Part shown: in pieces, positions 14,432 to 18,805 of the stretch
Position numbering within the stretch: the stretch's first letter is position 1
Layout: the number at the start of each line of letters is the position of its first letter
From: a virus
Virus genome (UHGV): UHGV-0261633
Length of the DNA stretch: 18,805 bases
Reading direction: 5' to 3' (one strand)
The notes under the pieces: generated by a model
What the model saw: only the letters and a program-made list of their open reading frames with translations
What the model was told of the DNA's origin: nothing
The model's database searches: none
Position numbers and translations under genes: made by a program

Positions 14432-14931
14432 TTTACGAAGAAAGATACAAGATAGATTACCAGAAGACTGGTCATCATGTCTCCCTAAGAGTAACAAAAC
14501 CAAACGGAGATACTGGTATCATAGCACATTTTGGTGGTGATTATTGGTATGGTACAGGTTGCTTTGAAGGCTACACTCAAGAGTACTTGAAAGCTTTCTA
14601 CAGAGACTTTACAAACGACTACAACAGGGTTGTTGACGAAAAGAATAAGTGCATTAAGCATGAACACCATGCCAGAGGTTGTTTGAGTACAGTAATGGTA
14701 CTGGCATTTTTCTTAGCAACATTACTGGCAGTATCAGCAATCAGTTCCATAGCTCAAGATTTGACCATTACACAGATTACTGCAAAGGTATATGATGTTT
14801 GGTACTTGTATGTTGTCCCTTTAGTTGGTATCATCATCTCACTAATAAGATTCAGAGTTCATAAGAAACGACTTAAGGATTCTGAGGTTAAACTTGAAGA
14901 GGTAAGTAAAGAATGCAACCTACAATTATAG
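14428..14931 (+). CDS. hypothetical membrane protein, two predicted TM helices near the C-terminus
   Basis: ORF track 14398..14931; internal ATG at 14428 has a GAGGG RBS and avoids overlap; hydrophobic segments VMVLAFFLATLLAVSAISSIA and VWYLYVVPLVGIIISLIRF, then a charged tail. Confidence 0.6.
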   Translation: MIYEERYKIDYQKTGHHVSLRVTKPNGDTGIIAHFGGDYWYGTGCFEGYTQEYLKAFYRDFTNDYNRVVDEKNKCIKHEHHARGCLSTVMVLAFFLATLLAVSAISSIAQDLTITQITAKVYDVWYLYVVPLVGIIISLIRFRVHKKRLKDSEVKLEEVSKECNLQL

Positions 14932-15007
14932 CTGTATGTGTTCGTTTTGCAATCGCTGAAATGATTAACAAGGCAATCTTGAAAGATGCCTATGGAGAAA
15001 CTAAGTA

Positions 15008-15232
15008 ATGATTAAGACACCTGTACCAATTTTTGGATTTCCTTCTATAGAAGAGTTCAAAGTTTATCTTGACAAAAACTTCTACAATGAGCAGCCTGTT
15101 ACTTTACTGAAGAGTGACTTATCAGAGCTTCTTGATATGGTTATTAAGGCAACTTCTGAGAAGGAGCCTGAGCAGAAAGCTGAGAAGAAGACTAGTAAGA
15201 AATCCGACAAGAAGACTGAAAAGTCTGAGTAA
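15008..15232 (+). CDS. hypothetical protein (74 aa) with Lys/Glu-rich C-terminal tail
   Basis: ORF track. Confidence 0.55.
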   Translation: MIKTPVPIFGFPSIEEFKVYLDKNFYNEQPVTLLKSDLSELLDMVIKATSEKEPEQKAEKKTSKKSDKKTEKSE

Positions 15233-15240
15233 TAACTTGA

Positions 15241-15262
15241 GGGGTTACTTGATAGCCCCTTT
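15241..15262 (+). terminator. GC hairpin terminator
   Basis: ggggtta-cttga-tagcccc then ttt. Confidence 0.55.
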
Positions 15263-15286
15263 GTAGAAACTTAGAAGGTAGCGAAT

Positions 15287-15715
15287 ATGCAAATCATAGC
15301 TGGTCAAGAACTTGACATCATAGATGCAAAAACACAGGAGTACATCGCAACAGTGAAGGTTATAGGAGTCAGGGAGTGGAATACTGAATACCCAATTCAA
15401 TGCCTTGTGCTGGAGAAGTTTAAAGCTAATGGTGTACACTTTTACCACGGTGACTACATCAGCTTTAACAAAGATGGTTACTGGCGTGGTAGTGACCACC
15501 CTCAAGCAAATGAGTTTAATATGCGTCTAGCAATACCACAAAAAGATAACCAACAAAACGTAAAAGATATCCTTGTAGAAGCCTATGAAGAAGGTATAAT
15601 AGATGTTGTGCATGATGTTGAAAAAGCTTTAAAGCTTGTTATGCCACATTTAGAATCTGGAAAGCTGACTTTAGAGATGCTTAATAGGGTTATTCGGAGA
15701 GCTTATGAAAATTAA
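15287..15715 (+). CDS. hypothetical protein (142 aa)
   Basis: ORF track; GAAGG RBS. Confidence 0.7.
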   Translation: MQIIAGQELDIIDAKTQEYIATVKVIGVREWNTEYPIQCLVLEKFKANGVHFYHGDYISFNKDGYWRGSDHPQANEFNMRLAIPQKDNQQNVKDILVEAYEEGIIDVVHDVEKALKLVMPHLESGKLTLEMLNRVIRRAYEN

Positions 15716-16169
15716 AGAAACAGTTCGAAAAGCAATGCTTACCAATTCAACTAAAGATGAAATGTACAAAGAAATCTGTGATGAGTTGAATTGCTCAAGA
15801 CATGCTGCTAAGGTTCTTGTACATTGTTTTATCTGGGAATGTTCAGAAGCTTATATGCAATATGTAGCGTTTGAGAGTTCTTACTTACTAGGCGATGTAG
15901 AAGCTGGTGAGGAGCTAAAAGAACCTGAGATGAAAACAGTTCCTAAAGTTGGTAATGTATACCACCTTAAAGACTTCAAGACTGGAAAGATTGTTGCAAA
16001 AGGTGTAGTAGAATCTGTTTATCACGATGGTAAATACTTATTTAAAATATTTGAGTATGATAGCCACTACACACACTTATGTGGGATTACATTCTTAGTA
16101 ACAGAAGAAGACCTCATTAAGAACAACGGCAACAAGTTTGCAGTACCAGCTTACCAAGTTTTACGATAA
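15705..16169 (+). CDS. hypothetical protein (154 aa)
   Basis: ORF track; overlapping start. Confidence 0.7.
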   Translation: MKIKETVRKAMLTNSTKDEMYKEICDELNCSRHAAKVLVHCFIWECSEAYMQYVAFESSYLLGDVEAGEELKEPEMKTVPKVGNVYHLKDFKTGKIVAKGVVESVYHDGKYLFKIFEYDSHYTHLCGITFLVTEEDLIKNNGNKFAVPAYQVLR

Positions 16170-16182
16170 TGGTGTGATAGCT

Positions 16183-16731
16183 ATGGAAAAAGATAACTTA
16201 AAAGAAGTTGAAGGTAACTACCTAGTCCTTGACTGGAATGATATTCGTGGAGCACTCTACGAAGAAAGCCTTAATAGGTTAGAACAAATTATCTTTGCAG
16301 TACGGGGTTACAGAGAGGTTCAAAATGGTAAAGACCCACTTGAAGGAATCTTTGTAGAGAAGTCTTATCCGTTCTATGAAGACACTTTGCAGAAAGTTAA
16401 GATGCACTTTAAACAGAAGAACCGTAAAGTGGTCACTATGGTATCTCTTGGTGGACAGAGTATGTCTGTGATGGAAGATATCAACCCTAAGAGACCGAGT
16501 AAAGGCGTTTGTATAAAAATCACAGGTCATGAAGAGTATATCTCAGTAGATGACTTTAGAGCATTCTGTAGTGGTTCTTGTGTCTTTAATGGTTTTCACT
16601 ATGATATCCGAGTGTACCCAATCAAGGGAGATGATATCATGATGCAGGTATTCGATAATAACAATGGATTTACTCATTTTTATCAGACAACCAAGTCATC
16701 ATTGAAAACAGTTCTGGAAACACTGATTTAA
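16183..16731 (+). CDS. hypothetical protein (182 aa from internal ATG; ORF opens at 16138)
   Basis: ORF track 16138..16731; start uncertain (16138 overlaps upstream gene by 32 nt). Confidence 0.6.
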   Translation: MEKDNLKEVEGNYLVLDWNDIRGALYEESLNRLEQIIFAVRGYREVQNGKDPLEGIFVEKSYPFYEDTLQKVKMHFKQKNRKVVTMVSLGGQSMSVMEDINPKRPSKGVCIKITGHEEYISVDDFRAFCSGSCVFNGFHYDIRVYPIKGDDIMMQVFDNNNGFTHFYQTTKSSLKTVLETLI

Positions 16732-16742
16732 AATATCTTAAG

Positions 16743-16766
16743 AGCCTCCTTAATCGGGGGCTTTTT
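16743..16766 (+). terminator. rho-independent terminator closing the plus-strand gene block
   Basis: agcctcc-ttaatc-gggggct then ttttt. Confidence 0.75.
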
Positions 16767-16835
16767 AATTTTTATAAAATTTATCGGTTGTCCCAACCGC
16801 TGGGTCACCATCATATGTGAATAAAATATCTACCC

Positions 16836-17850
16836 TTCTTAACAACCTTCTTAATCTTACTCTCTATATAGTTATATAGTACTATATAGTATCTTAGTAT
16901 CTATCTAGTGGTCTTAATAGCCCCTCTGTATAGTCCTTCTAAACACTCTTCTAACAAGCCTTCTTAACAACCTATACAATCACCTTAACCATACCTCTAC
17001 ACCCTCTTAGAAGCCCCTATACACCTCTTAATCTCTAGGTTAGCTATGTTACCCTCTATAGGTGTTCACTAGGTACTACTAAACCTCTATATAGACTGTT
17101 TTAACAAACTTAACAGGAATATCTTCACAGACCTTATCTCACAAGGTCTAACACGGTACTAACAAGGTATCTTATAAGCCTGTTATTACCTGTATTTTTA
17201 AAAGACTGTATAGGTAATTATTCAGAATTTTAAAATTTTTATAAAATAGGGCTATCAAGTCATTTTTTAGGGTCTTTGAAGGAACTGAAAAATATCTGTA
17301 GAAGATGTATATCTGCTTGGTAGCCCTTAACAGCCCCCTTACAAGTACTTTGCAAAATTTTAAAATATCCTTAACAATCTCTTAACAGCTACTACAGCCT
17401 CTTAACATCTCTTCAGAGGTCTTAACAGATTCTTAACAGAACTAACAAGGTTGTAACAAGTTCTTAACAGTCGATACATGGTCTTTACAGAGTCTTAACA
17501 GATGACTAACAAGAGCTAACAAGTTAATTTTTAAGAGTTATTTTGTTAAGATAATTAACAAGTCTCTAACAAGTGTTTAATCTTTTTAACAAGCTATTAA
17601 CATGGTCACTACTCTTTTCTTATCGTTCCCTTTGCTTCTTAGTGATTCTTTAAACATACCTCTTAAAAGCTCTCTATAGCTCCTTGTAAGCTCTTTTAAG
17701 TCTCTTCCTAGTATTTACCCCCCAACTGTACAGATAGCTCTTTATAGGGCTTTACAGGAGCTTTTAAGGCTATGTCAAAGACTCTTACAAGGCTTTTACG
17801 TGGTCTTAACAGAGATTTAACAAGGGGCTAACAAGTTGCTAACAAGTGCC
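16836..17850. repeat. array of short direct repeats (core TTAACAR / CTAACAAG), iteron-like
   Basis: At least 20 copies by eye, e.g. 17381, 17401, 17421, 17433, 17442, 17453, 17463, 17494, 17506, 17516, 17555, 17566, 17586, 17805, 17817, 17828, 17839; many spacings of 9-12 bp; no ORF of 60 aa or more in any frame across 16732-18380. Confidence 0.75.
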
Positions 17851-18324
17851 TTAAAAGCATAACTATGTAGGGTTTGTTAAGAAATTGTTAAGAAAATGTT
17901 AAGGGGGCTAGCATTTACGTAACTTTTAAGCTACTTCAAAGTAACTTTATAGCCCCTATAACATACTTTAAAGGAACTACCAAGCCCTTTTTAGTAGTTC
18001 ACAAGAATACTAACGAGATGATAAAGCTTACACCCTTATAAGATTCTTCTAAGGCTCTGGGAAGCTCTATAAAGGGCTTTTTAGAGTGGGTTAATGCAAT
18101 CCCTTAAGTTAGGTTGATAAGGCTGTTATAGGGCTTTATAGAGCGTTTAAATGGTTGCCCTTCCCTTTCGGGTTATGGGCTTTTATTTAAGTTGATTTGA
18201 TAAGAGGTTATAGAGTAGACTATAGAGTTATTGCTTTTAAGGTACGGGATAGATTCTATCGAATTAGTGGGATAGATTCTGGAAAGGGAAGGGAAAGGGT
18301 TGTATAGAGGCTATTACAGAGACG

Positions 18325-18351
18325 TAAAAAAGCCCCTATGAGAAAGGGGCT
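18325..18351 (-). terminator. rho-independent terminator (minus strand) downstream of the 82-aa gene
   Basis: agcccct-atgagaa-aggggct preceded on + by aaaaaa, giving a U-tract on the minus strand. Confidence 0.7.
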
Positions 18352-18363
18352 GTAAAGGTATCT

Positions 18364-18379
18364 GGGGCTAAATAGCCCC
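18364..18379. other. GC hairpin ggggc-taaata-gcccc
   Basis: Shares the 15-mer ggggctaaatagccc with 6136-6150. Confidence 0.5.
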
Positions 18380-18389
18380 GTTGCGTCGA

Positions 18390-18638
18390 TTAGTTGTAAC
18401 CTTGTTTGCTGTAGTACAGAGAGATAATCAAGTCACCCCAATAATGGTAATGATATTCATCGTTCAACGCCTCTTTTACTGCATCTTTCCAGAAGTCATC
18501 AGTAGGGTTATAGTCTGGGATAACTTGTTTAATGACCGTCTTCACCAGTTCGAAACACTCATCAGTCCCGCCTATATCAAATTTAACGTCCAGAGTGTAG
18601 CAGCCATAAGAATTTACAATTGCGCGGATAGTTGCCAT
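18390..18638 (-). CDS. hypothetical acidic protein (82 aa)
   Basis: ORF track; GGAGA RBS about 9 nt upstream; terminator downstream on same strand; the overlapping + ORF 18381..18665 looks non-protein-like. Confidence 0.55.
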   Translation of the reverse strand: MATIRAIVNSYGCYTLDVKFDIGGTDECFELVKTVIKQVIPDYNPTDDFWKDAVKEALNDEYHYHYWGDLIISLYYSKQGYN

Positions 18639-18805
18639 TTTTTGAATCTCCAGTTTAGGAAGTAGTTTAAGGGTTTTATTTAGTGGGGAAGGTCATCCCC
18701 TCCCCGTTGATTAGTAATTTACTGCATATTGGCGTAGGTTGCAAGCCTTTTTTCGTTGTATTTTGTCAGAATTTCACAAGATAGAACATCGTACTTTGTA
18801 ACCGC

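Noticed and set aside
14912-15007. 31-aa + strand ORF (MQPTIIAVCVRF...) between annotated genes
   Set aside because: Plausible micro-gene but below threshold, weak RBS, overlaps the previous gene; not enough evidence to call.
13107-16530. Minus-strand ORFs 13107-13316, 14485-14670, 15245-15505, 16279-16530
   Set aside because: Each is antisense to a plus-strand gene in a tightly packed, translationally coupled block.
16836-17850. CRISPR array
   Set aside because: Repeats are only 7-8 bp with irregular 9-30 bp spacing; no 25-40-bp repeats alternating with unique spacers.
18381-18665. 94-aa + strand ORF
   Set aside because: Overlaps the minus-strand 82-aa ORF almost completely; translation is hydrophobic and Cys-rich, while the minus ORF has an RBS and a same-strand terminator.

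Overview
AT-rich window that reads like part of a large virulent tailed-phage genome. Everything here is hand analysis of the sequence and ORF track; no searches or folding programs were run. Minus strand, 1-8860: the N-terminal ~425 codons of a terminase large subunit gene (runs off the window start), a 66-aa ORF, an intrinsic terminator, then a dense array of 27 tRNA genes (1728-6826) whose anticodons cover all 20 amino acids, interleaved with two protein genes and several ORF-free structured spacers, then a 471-aa vWA/MIDAS-domain protein and a 123-aa basic protein. Plus strand, 9110-16731: about 17 short genes including a T4-type (GH24) lysozyme and a protein with three tandem Ig-like repeats, punctuated by GC-hairpin terminators. 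16770-18330 is an ORF-free region packed with short direct repeats at roughly helical spacing (iteron-like) plus CTATAG palindromes. The most unusual points are three type-I-length tRNAs carrying leucine anticodons, several tRNA-like but non-canonical elements in the array, the vWA protein next to the array, and the repeat-dense non-coding region. No integrase, transposase, CRISPR array or rRNA was seen. tRNA boundaries and anticodons are hand-folded and need tRNAscan-SE/ARAGORN confirmation.
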